Source: an uncultured Acidobacteriota bacterium (GTDB lineage Bacteria > Acidobacteriota > Thermoanaerobaculia > Multivoradales > SZUA-115). Taken from it: a DNA stretch of 64,000 nucleotides. A model generated the notes under the pieces. The model saw nothing but the letters and a program-made list of their open reading frames with translations. It had not been told where the DNA came from and did not search any database. The stretch is taken from assembly GCA_963805975.1 (NCBI GenBank), contig CAWDVR010000002.1, positions 416,001 through 480,000 on the forward strand, read 5' to 3'. The position numbers and the translations under genes were made by a program. Below are positions 51,184 through 61,490 of the stretch, one piece after another (position 1 is the first letter of the stretch; each line of letters begins with the position of its first letter).

Positions 51184-51677
51184 TCCGGCGCCCGTTCGCG
51201 ACGGTAGTCGCCGGTTGTACCGCCACTCTTGCCCTCGAGCCGCAGGTCTGTCACCACCGCGCCGCGATCCAGCGCCTTGACCATGTCGTAGAGGGCCAGG
51301 GACGCCGCGGCGCACGCCACCAGCGCTTCCATCTCGGCGCCGGTGCGCGCCGTGGCCACGACCCGGCTGCGAATCTCGACGCACCCGGAGCCGGCCTCGA
51401 GGTCGACCTCCACCTGGTCGAGCGGCAGCGGGTGCGCGAGCGGCACCCACTCCGCGGTCTTCTTCGCCGCCTGGATGCCGGCGAGGCGGGCCACGGCGTA
51501 GGCGTCGCCCTTGGGCAGCGCACCGAGCCGGGCCAGGGTCTCCTCGGCCAGCAGCACCTTGCACGAGGCCTCGGCCACGCGCCGCGTGATCGGCTTCGCG
51601 GAGACGTCCACCATGTGGGCGCCGCCCTGCGCGTCGAGGTGGCTGAAAGTGCGAGGGAGTGAGTTGCGATCGCTCAT
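51180..51677 (-). CDS. moaC: Cyclic pyranopterin monophosphate synthase
   Basis: MVDVSAK, KGD, AGIQAAKKT, TGAEMEAL, YDMVKA, KSGG. Confidence 0.96.
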   Translation of the reverse strand: MSDRNSLPRTFSHLDAQGGAHMVDVSAKPITRRVAEASCKVLLAEETLARLGALPKGDAYAVARLAGIQAAKKTAEWVPLAHPLPLDQVEVDLEAGSGCVEIRSRVVATARTGAEMEALVACAAASLALYDMVKALDRGAVVTDLRLEGKSGGTTGDYRRERAPE

Positions 51678-51767
51678 CGAGTCGGGCTTCGCCAGGGAGG
51701 CCGCATGCTAGCATCCAGGCCCTTGAAGGACAGCCTCACCCGACCTTCCTCCAGCCATCCCGGGCGG

Positions 51768-52454
51768 ATGCGCGTGGCGGTGGTGATCCCCACTCTCGAC
51801 GAGGCAGCCAACCTCGAGATCCTGCTCCCCGCGCTGGTCGCGACCGCCGACGAGGTGGTGGTGAGCGACGGCGGCAGCCGGGACCACACGCTCGAGATCG
51901 CGCGGGCGGCCGGGGCCCGCACCGTCATGGGGCCGGCGGGCCGCGGGCCGCAGCTCAACCGCGGCGCCCGCGAGACCCGGGCGGAGATCCTGCTCTTCCT
52001 GCACGCCGATTCCCGGCTGCCGGAAGGCGGCCTCGAACTGCTCCGCGAGGCGGTGGAGGCGGGAGCGGACGGCGGCGGCTTCCTGCTGCGCTTCGACGTC
52101 GAGCGCCCGCTCCTCGAGCTCGGTGCCTGGCTGATCAACCGGCGCACGCGGCTCCTGGGCGTACCGCTCGGCGATCAGGCGCAATTCGTCACCCGCTCGC
52201 GCTTCGAGGAGCTGGGGGGATTTCGCGAGTGGTCGATCCTGGAGGATCTGGACTTCGGCCGGCGGCTGAAGCGCACGGGAAGGCTGGTGGTGCTGGAGAG
52301 GCCGGTGACCACCGCGGCGCGGCGCTTCCTCACCCTCGGCGTGGTGCGCACGGTGGCGACCAACTGGCTGATCTGGGCGCTGTACTTCGCCGGCGTCCCG
52401 CCGCCCCGCCTTGCGCGTCTCTACCGCAACCGGCGGCGCAACGAAAGGCCCTGA
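51768..52454 (+). CDS. GT2 glycosyltransferase (TIGR04283-like)
   Basis: VVIPTLDEA, DGGSRD, GRGPQLNRGA, LFLHADS, GDQAQF, LEDL. Confidence 0.88.
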   Translation: MRVAVVIPTLDEAANLEILLPALVATADEVVVSDGGSRDHTLEIARAAGARTVMGPAGRGPQLNRGARETRAEILLFLHADSRLPEGGLELLREAVEAGADGGGFLLRFDVERPLLELGAWLINRRTRLLGVPLGDQAQFVTRSRFEELGGFREWSILEDLDFGRRLKRTGRLVVLERPVTTAARRFLTLGVVRTVATNWLIWALYFAGVPPPRLARLYRNRRRNERP

Positions 52455-52484
52455 AAACGCGACCGGCCCCGCGAGGCGGGGCCG
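52454..52484 (-). terminator. Rho-independent terminator downstream of the HU gene
   Basis: Stem CGGCCCCGC/GCGGGGCCG (52464-52484) with TTTT shortly after on the minus strand. Confidence 0.6.
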
Positions 52485-52512
52485 TGCCGGCGGAACGCGT
52501 TGCCGGGCTCGG

Positions 52513-52797
52513 TCAGGAGTTGACGCGGTCCTTGAGGCCCTTGCCCGGGGTGAAGCGGACGTTCTTGCGCGCCGCGATCTCGATCGTCGCGCCGGTCGAG
52601 GGGTTCCGGCCCTGGCGCGCCGGCTTGTTCTTGACGGCCAGCACACCGAAGCCGGGGACGCGCACTTCCTCACCCTTCGCCAGGCAGTCGGCCATGCAGT
52701 TGAAGACGTGATCCACTGCGTCCGCAGCCTGCTTTCTCGAGATCCCTTCGACGCTCTGCGCGAGCGAGTCCTCTATATCCTTCTTGTTAGCCATCAT
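52513..52797 (-). CDS. hup: HU family nucleoid-associated DNA-binding protein
   Basis: VRVPGFG, ARQGRNPSTG..IEIAA, FTPGKGLKD. Confidence 0.95.
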   Translation of the reverse strand: MMANKKDIEDSLAQSVEGISRKQAADAVDHVFNCMADCLAKGEEVRVPGFGVLAVKNKPARQGRNPSTGATIEIAARKNVRFTPGKGLKDRVNS

Positions 52798-52842
52798 CGC
52801 CTCCTTAGCCGGGAAGTTGAACCGCCTGCGAACAGGCTGCAA

Positions 52843-52871
52843 ACGATATGGCAGGGCTCCGGGGCTGTCAA
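52843..52871 (-). promoter_or_regulatory. Sigma70-type promoter of the HU gene
   Basis: TTGACA (52871-52866), 17 nt, TATCGT (52848-52843). Confidence 0.7.
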
Positions 52872-53015
52872 CCGAACCCTGCGCGCGACCGCCACCGGCG
52901 GCGAGCCCCTGGTCCGGTGCTCGACGCCCCCTGCGGGTAACGATCCGCTCCTCCCAGGGGCTCGCCGCCGGTGGTGGAAGGTCGCCGGGCCAACGATCAA
53001 CTTCCGGCCCGCTGA

Positions 53016-54410
53016 CTAGGATCGTTTGCGCAGCACGTGCACGCTGAAGCCGTCGTGGTCGTCGGCCGTCGGCAGGCGCCAGAAGCCCGGGCCGCGCACC
53101 TCGCGGTCGAGCGGTGCCGGCAGCTCTGGGGCGAGATCCAGCGGCTCGAAGTCCGGTGCCGAGGCCAGGAAGCGTGCGATCACCGTCTCGTTCTCCTCGG
53201 CCTCGAGCGAGCAGGTGATCGCGACCAGCAAGCCGCCGCGTGCCACCCGCGGCGCCGAGCCGGCCAGCAAGCGCAGCCCCTGGCCCGCGAGCCGCCCGAT
53301 CTCGTCCTCGGAGAGCCGCCACTTGAGCTCCGGGTGCTTGCGCAGCGTGCCCGTGCCGGCGCACGGCAGGTCGAGCAGCACGCGGTCGAAGCTGCCGGCG
53401 AGCGGCGGCGCGCCGGCATCGCCCACCAGGAGCGGCAGGCGGCGCCCGAGCCGGGAGAGGTTGGCGGACAGCACCCGGAGCCTGCCGAACGAGACGTCGC
53501 CGGCCGCGAGGCGCACCGACGGCTCGCGCGCCAGGAGCGCCAGGCTCTTGCCTCCCGGCGCCGCAGCGGCGTCCCAGATGCGCTCGCCGGGGCGCGGCGC
53601 CGGCAGCCACGCCGCCACCTGGCTCGCCTCGTCCTGCACGTAGAAGTCGCCGCGCGCGAAGGCCGCGCCCGCGAGCGGGTTGCCGGCGCGCACGATCAAC
53701 CCCAGCGGCGACAGGCGGGAAGGCACCACCTCGACGCCCTCGTCGATCAGCCGCTCGGCCAGGAGCTCCCGGCCGCCGCGGTCGCGGAAGGCCAGGAGGT
53801 GCATCGGCTTCGGCCGGTTGTTGGCGGCGAGCAGGCGCTCGGTCTCGCCCTCGCCGAAGCGCTCGCGCCAGCGGCGCACCAGGAAGTCGGGATGCGACAT
53901 CTCGATCCCCAGGCGGCGCACGGGGTCGCTCTCCTCGACCGGCCAGGCCTCGAGCTGCGGATCGCGCGCGATGCGGCGCAGGACCGCGTTGACGAAGCTC
54001 ATGCCGCCGCGGTGGGTGAGGATCCGCGCCTGCTCGACGGCCTCGTTCACGGCCGCGTGCGCCGGCACGCGATCGAGGAACAGCAACTGGTAGACGGCGA
54101 TGCGGAGCGGAGAGCGGAGCGCCGGCTCGACCTCCGTCAGACGGCGGCCGGCGGCGGCCTCGAGCACGTGATCGATCCGCCGCAGCCAACGCAGAGTGCC
54201 GAGCACCAGCTCGCGCACCAGGGCCCCGTCCCGCTCGTCGAAGCGCGCCAGGACGGTCGCCAGGTACGAGTCCACCGGCGCGAAGCTCGCGAGGGTGCGC
54301 TCCACCACCCAGGCCGCGGACACGCGGACGTCGTCCTGCGGCGTGCGCCGCGGCGTCTGCCGCCTGGGCTGGGCCGGCGACGGGGCGAGCTGCGCGGGGC
54401 GTTTCCTCAT
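53016..54410 (-). CDS. rsmB: 16S rRNA m5C967 methyltransferase with NusB-like domain
   Basis: VPAHAAVNEAV, FVNAVLR, VQDEASQ, AAPGGKS, DLPCAGTG, TCSL. Confidence 0.93.
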   Translation of the reverse strand: MRKRPAQLAPSPAQPRRQTPRRTPQDDVRVSAAWVVERTLASFAPVDSYLATVLARFDERDGALVRELVLGTLRWLRRIDHVLEAAAGRRLTEVEPALRSPLRIAVYQLLFLDRVPAHAAVNEAVEQARILTHRGGMSFVNAVLRRIARDPQLEAWPVEESDPVRRLGIEMSHPDFLVRRWRERFGEGETERLLAANNRPKPMHLLAFRDRGGRELLAERLIDEGVEVVPSRLSPLGLIVRAGNPLAGAAFARGDFYVQDEASQVAAWLPAPRPGERIWDAAAAPGGKSLALLAREPSVRLAAGDVSFGRLRVLSANLSRLGRRLPLLVGDAGAPPLAGSFDRVLLDLPCAGTGTLRKHPELKWRLSEDEIGRLAGQGLRLLAGSAPRVARGGLLVAITCSLEAEENETVIARFLASAPDFEPLDLAPELPAPLDREVRGPGFWRLPTADDHDGFSVHVLRKRS

Positions 54411-54423
54411 GGAACAGCAGTTC

Positions 54424-55373
54424 TCAAGCGAAGCGCGCGCCGGGAGCGAGCCGTTCGCCGTTCGTGAAGTCCACCGCGGACACGGCGCCGCGCCCCGGCC
54501 GCTGCAATCGTTCGAGACCCAGGACCGTACCGCCGCCGCAGGCGACGAGCAGCCGGCCCTGCGCGAGGCCCAGGACCGTGCCCGGCGGCTCTCCGCCCGC
54601 GCTCTCCTCCGGCACCGGCCTTCCCCACACCACCTTCAGCGGCGCTCCGGAGAGCTCCGCGGTCAGGCCCGGCCACGGCGTGAAGGCGCGCAGGCGGTCG
54701 AAGAGCCCGGTGGCGGGCAGCGAGAAGTCGGCGCGGCCGTCCTCCTTGGTGATGCGTGGCGCGAAGGTCGCCTGCGAGGCATCCTGCTCGCGCGGCTCGA
54801 GCGTACCGGCGGCGAGGACTTGGAGCGTCTCGACCATCAGCCCGGCTCCCAGCGCGCGAGGCGCGCGGAGAGCTCCCCCGCCGTCTCCTCGCCGCCGATC
54901 GGTGTCGTCGCCGTGGCGAGCATCGGTCCCGCGTCGAGCGCCAGGTCCATCTGCATGGTGGTGACGCCAGTCTCGCGATCGCCGGCCGCGATCGCCGCCT
55001 GGATCGGCGCCGCGCCGCGGTACTTGGGCAGCAGCGAGGCATGGAGGTTGACGCAGCCCAGGCGCGGCAGGTCGAGCAACCGCCGCGGAAAGATCTGGCC
55101 GAAGGCGACGACCACGCCGACCGCCGGCTGGAGGTCGGCGAGGCGCGCGAGGAACTCCTCTTCCCTCACCTTCACCGGCTGCGCCACGGGGAGCCCGTTC
55201 GCCCGCGCCCAGGCCGCGACCGGGGGCTCGGTGAGCCGGCCGCCGCGACCCACCGGCCGCGAGGGTTGGCTCACCACCAGCGCCGGCGCCAGGCCCGCCG
55301 CGACCAGGGCGGCGAGCGTCGGTACGGCGAAGTCCGGGGTGCCGAAGAAGACCAGGGGGGAGAGCGGCGTCAT
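54424..55373 (-). CDS. fmt: Methionyl-tRNA formyltransferase (apparent 1-nt deletion near 54850)
   Basis: FFGTPDFAV, NLHASLLPKYRGAAPIQ, LDAG, then RAFTPWPG and LQRPG in the next frame. Confidence 0.93.
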
Positions 55374-55416
55374 CCGCTGGATGGTAGCAAACGCGCTCGG
55401 CAGGACCGGGGAAAGC

Positions 55417-57934
55417 TCAGACCTTGGCCAGGTCCACTTCCTCGAAGTAGTCGCGCGGCACCAGCACCTCGCGCGGCTTCGAGCCCTGCGGCGGCCCCAG
55501 CAGGCCTTCGCGCTCCATCATGTCGATCAGCCGGGAGGCACGCGAGAAACCGATGCGCATGCGGCGCTGGAGGAAGCTCGCCGAGGCCATGCGCTCGGCC
55601 ACCACCAGCCGTGACGCCTCGTCGAAGAGCTCGTCGTCGTTGTCGCCGCCCTCGCCTGCCGCGCGCGAGCCCTCGATCGGATCGAGGAGCGCCAGGTCGT
55701 ACTCGGGCTTGCCCTGCTTCTTGAGCCAGCGCACCAGCCCCGCCGTCTCTTGCTCGCTGACGTAGGCGCCGTGCAGGCGCAGCACCCGCGAGGTTCCCGG
55801 CGCCATGAACAGCATGTCGCCGCGGCCGAGGAGCTTCTCCGAGCCCACCTGGTCGAGGATGGTGCGCGAGTCGTGGCGGCTGGCCGTGGCGTAGGAGAGG
55901 CGGCAGGGAAAGTTGGCCTTGATGGTGCCGGTGAGCACGTCGACGCTCGGCCGCTGCGTGGCGACGATCAGGTGGATGCCCACCGCGCGCGCCATCTGCG
56001 CCAGCCGGGCGATCGCGGTCTCGACGTCGGCCGAGGCCACCATCATCAGGTCCGCGAGCTCGTCGATGATGATCACGAAGTACGGCAACGGCTGGAAGTC
56101 CTCCGAGGACAGCTCGCCCTCGCTCTCGTTCAAGGCCAGGCGCTTCCTCTGCTCGGGGTCGCGGATCGCCTGGTTGTAGTGCGCGATCGAGCGCACGTGG
56201 ACCTTGGCCAGCTTGCGGTAGCGGTTCTCCATCTCCGCCACCATGTGGTTGAGCACGTTGGCGGCCTGCTTGGGCTCGACCACCACCGGCGTGCGCAGGC
56301 AGGGCACGTCGGCGTAGACGCCGAGCTCGATGCGCTTGGGGTCGATGAAGATGAACTGCACGTCCTCGCGCCGCGCTTTGTAGATGATCGAGGTGATCAT
56401 GCTCTGGAGGCCCACGCTCTTGCCGGCGCCGGTGGCGCCGGCCACCAGGAGATGGGGCATGGTGGCGAGGTCGGCGTAGAACGGCTCGCCGTGGATCGTC
56501 ACCCCGAGCGCCATGGTGAGCACCGAGGGCGCGCGGGCGAAGGCTTCCTTGGCGAGCAACGAGCCCAGAGCGGATGGTCTGCCGCTCGCGGTTCGGCACC
56601 TCGATGCCCAGCGTCGAGCGGCCGGGCAGGCGGTCGATGCGCACCGACTCGGCCTTGAGCGCCAGGGCGAGGTCGTCCTGGAGATTGACGATCTGGCTCA
56701 CCTTGACCCCGGGCGCCGGCTGGAACTCGTAGACGGTGATCACCGGCCCGGGGCCGATGCCCTCGATCGTGCCCTCGACGCCGAACTCGGCGCAGCGCTG
56801 GCGGATCACTTCGCCCATGCGCACCAGCTCGTTCTCGTCGATCGAGCGCGTCTCGTCGGAGAGCTGCAGGAGGTTGACCGGCGGCAGGGCGCCCGCGCCC
56901 TCCGGCGGCGGCGTGAACGGCAGGTCGGCCTGCGGGCGCGGAGCTCGCGGGCGCAGGGCCTTCTCGGCGCGGGCGGAGACGCTGATGGACGCGGGCGGAG
57001 CGAAGGCGAGCGGCTCCTCCTCTTCCACCGCCAGCTCGCCGGGGCTCACCCGGCGCAAACCGGCCGCGGCTTCCCCCCGCCGCAGGAAGACGCGCACCGG
57101 CCCGGCCGGCTGGCCCGGCTCGCCGCTCGCGGCGTCCGTCACCGGAACCTCTCGGGGCCGGAGCGGCAAGGAGCCCGAAGGCACGGCGAGCGCCGGCCGC
57201 GCAGCCAGCATCGCCTGGCGCTCCTCCTGGAGCCGTTTCTCCTCCAGGGCACGCTCCACGTGCTTGATCTCGACGCGCTTCTTGGCCTTCTCTTTCTCCC
57301 TCTGCTCGCGCTTCCGGGCGCGGGCGAGAGCCCGCGCCTGCCACCACGCCTTGATGCCGGAGAGCCAGCGGCTCGCGGTCTCGGAGAGGGTCGACTGCAC
57401 GAGGAGCGCCGCCGCGACGGCCACCAGGCCCACCAGCACCAGCAGCGCGCCCATGAAGTTGAGCTGGCCGGAGAGCTCGCCCGCGAGGAGCTTGCCGAGC
57501 GCGCCGCCGGCATCGACCGGCTCGCCGCGCAGCGTGAGGCTGCCGGCGGTGAGCTGCAAGAGACCGGGGAGCGCGAGCAGCAGGATCGCGGCGCCGATGC
57601 CGTGGCTCACGCGGCCGGGAATCTCACGGCGCCGCAGGCGGCGCACGCCGGTCGCGAGCAGGAGGAGCGGCGCCACCAGCGCGGTCAGGCCCAGGAGGCC
57701 CACCGACAGCGCGGCGAGCTGCGCGCCCACCGTGCCGATCCAGTTCCGGGTGCCGGTGGAGCCGTCCGCCACCTGGTGCAGCATGCTCGGGTCGCTCGGC
57801 TGGAAGCTCAAGAGGCTCGCCAGGAGCAGCAGCCCCAGGGTGAGCATGAGCATCCCCTTGAGCTCGTTGCCCTTCTCCGGCGACAGGCGCGCCTTGGCGG
57901 CCTTCGGCTCTGCTTTGCTGGTGGCGACGCTCAC
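55417..57934 (-). CDS. ftsK: DNA translocase FtsK (apparent +1 indel near 56570)
   Basis: N-terminal TMs, GPVIT.YE..PAPGVK, PHLLVAGATGAGKS, IIIDELADLMM, ATQRPS, gamma domain LQRRMRIGF.RA. Confidence 0.95.
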
Positions 57935-58035
57935 GGCGGTGCGCTTAACGTGTTGCCTTAGAGTTTGCGGCGTAAATAGGCACGAAGTCTAGCAGAGTCT
58001 CCTGGGAAGATAGAGCACGCCGGCGTCGAGAGCGT

Positions 58036-58064
58036 TTGACGGTCGCCCTGCGGGACGCTACGCT
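58036..58064 (+). promoter_or_regulatory. Sigma70-type promoter of the DUF4157-deaminase gene
   Basis: TTGACG, 17 nt, TACGCT; SD GGGAGG just before ATG 58096. Confidence 0.65.
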
Positions 58065-58095
58065 TCCTGCATTCTCGGCTCCGGCAGGGAGGCCC

Positions 58096-59340
58096 ATGCC
58101 GCACACGCTGCCCGATCCACAGTTTTCCGGCCACGGTACCCCGGCTCGGCCGGCCCTCCACGTCCAGAGGGCCACGGCGAGCCCGTTGCTGACCCGTGGC
58201 CCGGTGATCAGAGAAACGGCGCAGCCCCAGAGCGCCAGGGCTGCGAGGCCGACTCCCGCGGCAGCGTCGCTCACCATCCAGGGGTGTTTTCCGGGCGGCC
58301 TGGCGAGCGCGCCGCAGGCTCTACGGCAGACGGGCGCGATCCAGGCGAAGGTCCAGGGCTCGGCGGTCCACCTGCCCGCAGGCTTGAGTGGCCTCGGCGG
58401 GCCGGGCGGTGGGCAGCCCCTTCCCGAGCCGACGCGCCGGCACATGGAGGCGGTCTTCGGCGCCGACCTCTCCCACGTCCGCATCCATGTCGGGGCCGCG
58501 GCTTCCGCGCTCGGCGCCGCCGCCTTCACCCACGGCTCGCACATCCACTTCGCGCCGGGCCGCTATCAGCCGGACACCGTGCAGGGCCGGCAGCTCCTGG
58601 GGCACGAGCTGACCCACGTGCTGCAACAGAAGGCGGGCCGCGTGCGCAACACCTTCGGCAGCGGCGTGGCGGTGGTGCAGGACCCGCGGCTCGAGGCCGA
58701 GGCGGAACGGATGGCGGCGCGGGCCGCGCAGCAGCCGAGGCAGCAGGTGGCTCACAGCGCCGCGGCCCGGCCGGTCCGGCACCCCGGCGTGGGTCAGGCG
58801 CGCATGGCGGTGGGCGGCGGCTCCTGCGTGCAACGGGCCAGCATGGCAACCGAGTCCAGTCAGAGCACCTACCTGACCGCGGTGATGGCCAACGGCACCG
58901 CGCTCTGCGAGGACCTCGCGAGCTCCGCGGCCGGGCACTCCGAGGACCGGTTCATCGACCAGACGCTGCCGGCCGCCGTGGCAGCCGGCTTGCTCGACGC
59001 CAAGGCGGACAACCACATCTTCATCGGCATCAACCGCAGCCCCTGCAGCTCGACCGATCGCGCCGGGGACGGCACCACGACCTGCACCAAGGGCGGGGCC
59101 GCCGCTGGTTGCACCGAGCGGCTGATCACGCTGGTGACCACCGGGTTCACGTCCGGCATGACCAACTACCCGATCAGGCTGACGATCTCCATCCGCAACG
59201 TCTACGACATGTCGCCCAACTCGGTCCTCGCCAACGAGGCGATGATCGCCACGGGGCGTATCGACATCGAGTTCCAGAAGATCGGCGGCTCCAGCACGCG
59301 CTTCATGGGCACCAAGACCGCCATGGAGCTCAGCACGTAG
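58096..59340 (+). CDS. DUF4157 (eCIS core) domain protein with C-terminal Zn-dependent AID/APOBEC-like deaminase domain
   Basis: GQPLP..R.HME..FGADLSHVRIH, AFTHG.HIHF, LLGHELTHVLQQ; C-terminal GHSED...INRSPC...C...IRLTISIRNVY. Confidence 0.82.
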   Translation: MPHTLPDPQFSGHGTPARPALHVQRATASPLLTRGPVIRETAQPQSARAARPTPAAASLTIQGCFPGGLASAPQALRQTGAIQAKVQGSAVHLPAGLSGLGGPGGGQPLPEPTRRHMEAVFGADLSHVRIHVGAAASALGAAAFTHGSHIHFAPGRYQPDTVQGRQLLGHELTHVLQQKAGRVRNTFGSGVAVVQDPRLEAEAERMAARAAQQPRQQVAHSAAARPVRHPGVGQARMAVGGGSCVQRASMATESSQSTYLTAVMANGTALCEDLASSAAGHSEDRFIDQTLPAAVAAGLLDAKADNHIFIGINRSPCSSTDRAGDGTTTCTKGGAAAGCTERLITLVTTGFTSGMTNYPIRLTISIRNVYDMSPNSVLANEAMIATGRIDIEFQKIGGSSTRFMGTKTAMELST

Positions 59341-59391
59341 GGCTGGCGGAGCCCTCCCGCCCCGCCGGGACGGCTCTGCTACCGTACCTCC

Positions 59392-60249
59392 GTGCGCCAG
59401 CCGCCGTTCCAGAAACCAGCCCTCGAGACACCTTCGCTCAAGAAGAAGTACGGCCAGCACCACCTCGTGCAGCCCGGGGTGTGCCGCCCGCTCGTCGAGT
59501 TCCTGGCGCCCGCGGGAGAGCGGGTGGTGGAGATCGGCCCCGGCGGCGGGGTGCTGACCGGCGAGCTGCTGGCGGCCGGCGCGCGGGTGATCGGCCTGGA
59601 GCTCGACCCCGAGTGGGCCTTCGAGCTCGGCCGGCGAAGGGCCGGGGCCGAGAATCTCCGGCTGGTGGTGGCCGACGCCCTGGAAACGAGCTGGGACCGC
59701 TTCCCGTGCGGCACGCTCGTCGCCGGCAACCTTCCCTACAACGTGGGCACGGCGATCCTCGAGCGGCTGCTGCCCCACCATGCCGTGGTGCCGCGTGCCG
59801 CGTTTCTCCTGCAAAGGGAAGTGGCGGACCGGCTGGTGGCCAGGCCCGGCGACGAAGCCTACGGCGGGCTCTCCGTGCTGGTTCAGGCGCGGGCCGACGC
59901 GCGCATCCTCGGCCGGGTACGACCCGGGAGCTTCCGGCCGCCGCCCAAGGTGGACAGCGCGTTCGTGGGGCTGACGCTCCACCCGCCGCCGCTTCCCGAG
60001 GCCCAGATGCCGGCGTTCACGGCCCTGGTGCGGCTGGCTTTCGGGCAGCGGAGGAAGAGCTTGCGCAATGCGCTGGGCACCGGCTGGGGCCACGGTCGCG
60101 CCGAGGCCGTGCTCGAAGCCGCCGAGATCTCACCGCGGGCCAGGGCCGAGGAGCTGGGGCTCGGGGAGTTTCTGAGGCTGTATAGGGCCTCTGCTACCAT
60201 TTCCGAGGATCGCCGAGAGGGCCGCAGCAGCGCACCAGGAACGGTATGA
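59392..60249 (+). CDS. rsmA: 16S rRNA adenine dimethyltransferase
   Basis: KKKYGQHHL, EIGPGGG, GNLPYNV, QREVA.RL, FRPPPKVDSA, FGQRRKSL. Confidence 0.95.
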   Translation: MRQPPFQKPALETPSLKKKYGQHHLVQPGVCRPLVEFLAPAGERVVEIGPGGGVLTGELLAAGARVIGLELDPEWAFELGRRRAGAENLRLVVADALETSWDRFPCGTLVAGNLPYNVGTAILERLLPHHAVVPRAAFLLQREVADRLVARPGDEAYGGLSVLVQARADARILGRVRPGSFRPPPKVDSAFVGLTLHPPPLPEAQMPAFTALVRLAFGQRRKSLRNALGTGWGHGRAEAVLEAAEISPRARAEELGLGEFLRLYRASATISEDRREGRSSAPGTV

Positions 60250-61388
60250 CGACCCCGCTCCAGTTCCATTGCCTCGATGCAGGCCGGCTGGAGCGGTTCC
60301 TCGAACGGCGCCGGGCCGAGCCGCTGTTTCCCCGCGAGTTCAACCTCGCCGAGACCCTGGTCGAGATCCTCCGCAAGGCGAATCAGTTCGTGCCGTCGGC
60401 CGCCGGCTCGATCCTCCTCGACGACCCCCAGCTCAAGACCAGGGACCGCATGGAGCACGAGCTCACCTTCATCGCCGCGTTCGGCGAGAAGGCGGCCGGC
60501 CTGGTGGGCCGGAAGATCGCGAGCGACCAGGGCATCGCCGGCCGCGTCTACACGACCGGGCTCACGCACCTGACGAGCAACGCGCCCGAGGACCGCTTCT
60601 TCTTCTCCGGGGTGGACCAGCAGATCGACTACCGCACGGTGTCCATGGTGGCGATCCCGATCCGCATCGAGCAGCGGGTGTGTGGCGTGCTCGAGCTGAT
60701 CAACCGCCGCCGGGCGCGCGAGTTCTCGCAGCAGGACAGGAACCTGCTCGAGATCTTCGCCGACTACATCTCGATCTCCATCCAGAACGTGCTCGACGGC
60801 CGGCAGGCGCAGGAGATCGCCAAGAAGGACAACCTGACCGGCCTGTTCAACGACCGCTACCTGCACGTCGCCCTGTCCGCGGCGGTCGAGAGCGCCCGCC
60901 AGGGCGGCGAGGACCTGGCCGTGCTGTTTCTCGACCTCGACTTCTTCAAGCGCGTCAACGACACCCATGGGCACCTCGCCGGGAGCCAGGTGCTGCGCGA
61001 GGTGGGGGGCCTCCTGCGGCGCAAGACCCGCGAGACCGCCGCCATCCCCACCCGCTACGGCGGCGACGAGTTCGTGCTGGTGCTCCCCGGCTCCGACCTC
61101 GAGGCGGCGGTCGACCTCGCCGAGGAGATCCGCACCGAGATCCTCACCCGCTCTTTCATCTCGGAGCCCGGTGACGTCTACGCCGAGCCGCTCAACCTCG
61201 CCGGGCAGTCCTGCTCGATCGGGGTCGCGACCCTCGCCCAGCACATCGCCGAGGAGATGAGCCAGGAGCGCATCAAGAGCACGCTGCTGCGGCTCGCCGA
61301 CTCGGCGATGTACGTGGCCAAGGAGACGGGAAGGAACCGCACCGCGGTGGCGGGCTCGCCGATCCGGAGAAGGCGGCCGGCGGACTGA
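60246..61388 (+). CDS. GAF-GGDEF diguanylate cyclase
   Basis: GAF GIAGRVY..VCGVLELINR; DNLTGLFN, DLDFFKRVND.HGH, RYGGDEF. Confidence 0.93.
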   Translation: MTTPLQFHCLDAGRLERFLERRRAEPLFPREFNLAETLVEILRKANQFVPSAAGSILLDDPQLKTRDRMEHELTFIAAFGEKAAGLVGRKIASDQGIAGRVYTTGLTHLTSNAPEDRFFFSGVDQQIDYRTVSMVAIPIRIEQRVCGVLELINRRRAREFSQQDRNLLEIFADYISISIQNVLDGRQAQEIAKKDNLTGLFNDRYLHVALSAAVESARQGGEDLAVLFLDLDFFKRVNDTHGHLAGSQVLREVGGLLRRKTRETAAIPTRYGGDEFVLVLPGSDLEAAVDLAEEIRTEILTRSFISEPGDVYAEPLNLAGQSCSIGVATLAQHIAEEMSQERIKSTLLRLADSAMYVAKETGRNRTAVAGSPIRRRRPAD

Positions 61389-61448
61389 GATCCTTCGCTG
61401 CGCTCAGGATGACGTTGAGCATGTCATCCTGAGCGCAGCGAAGGATCT
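61388..61448. repeat. REP-like doublet, family A
   Basis: Perfect 26-bp inverted repeat 61388-61413 / 61423-61448, starting at the last base of the GGDEF stop codon. Confidence 0.9.
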
Positions 61449-61490
61449 GGGGGCGGTTCCACCTCGCCGGAATCCCCAAAGGGCTGGCCC

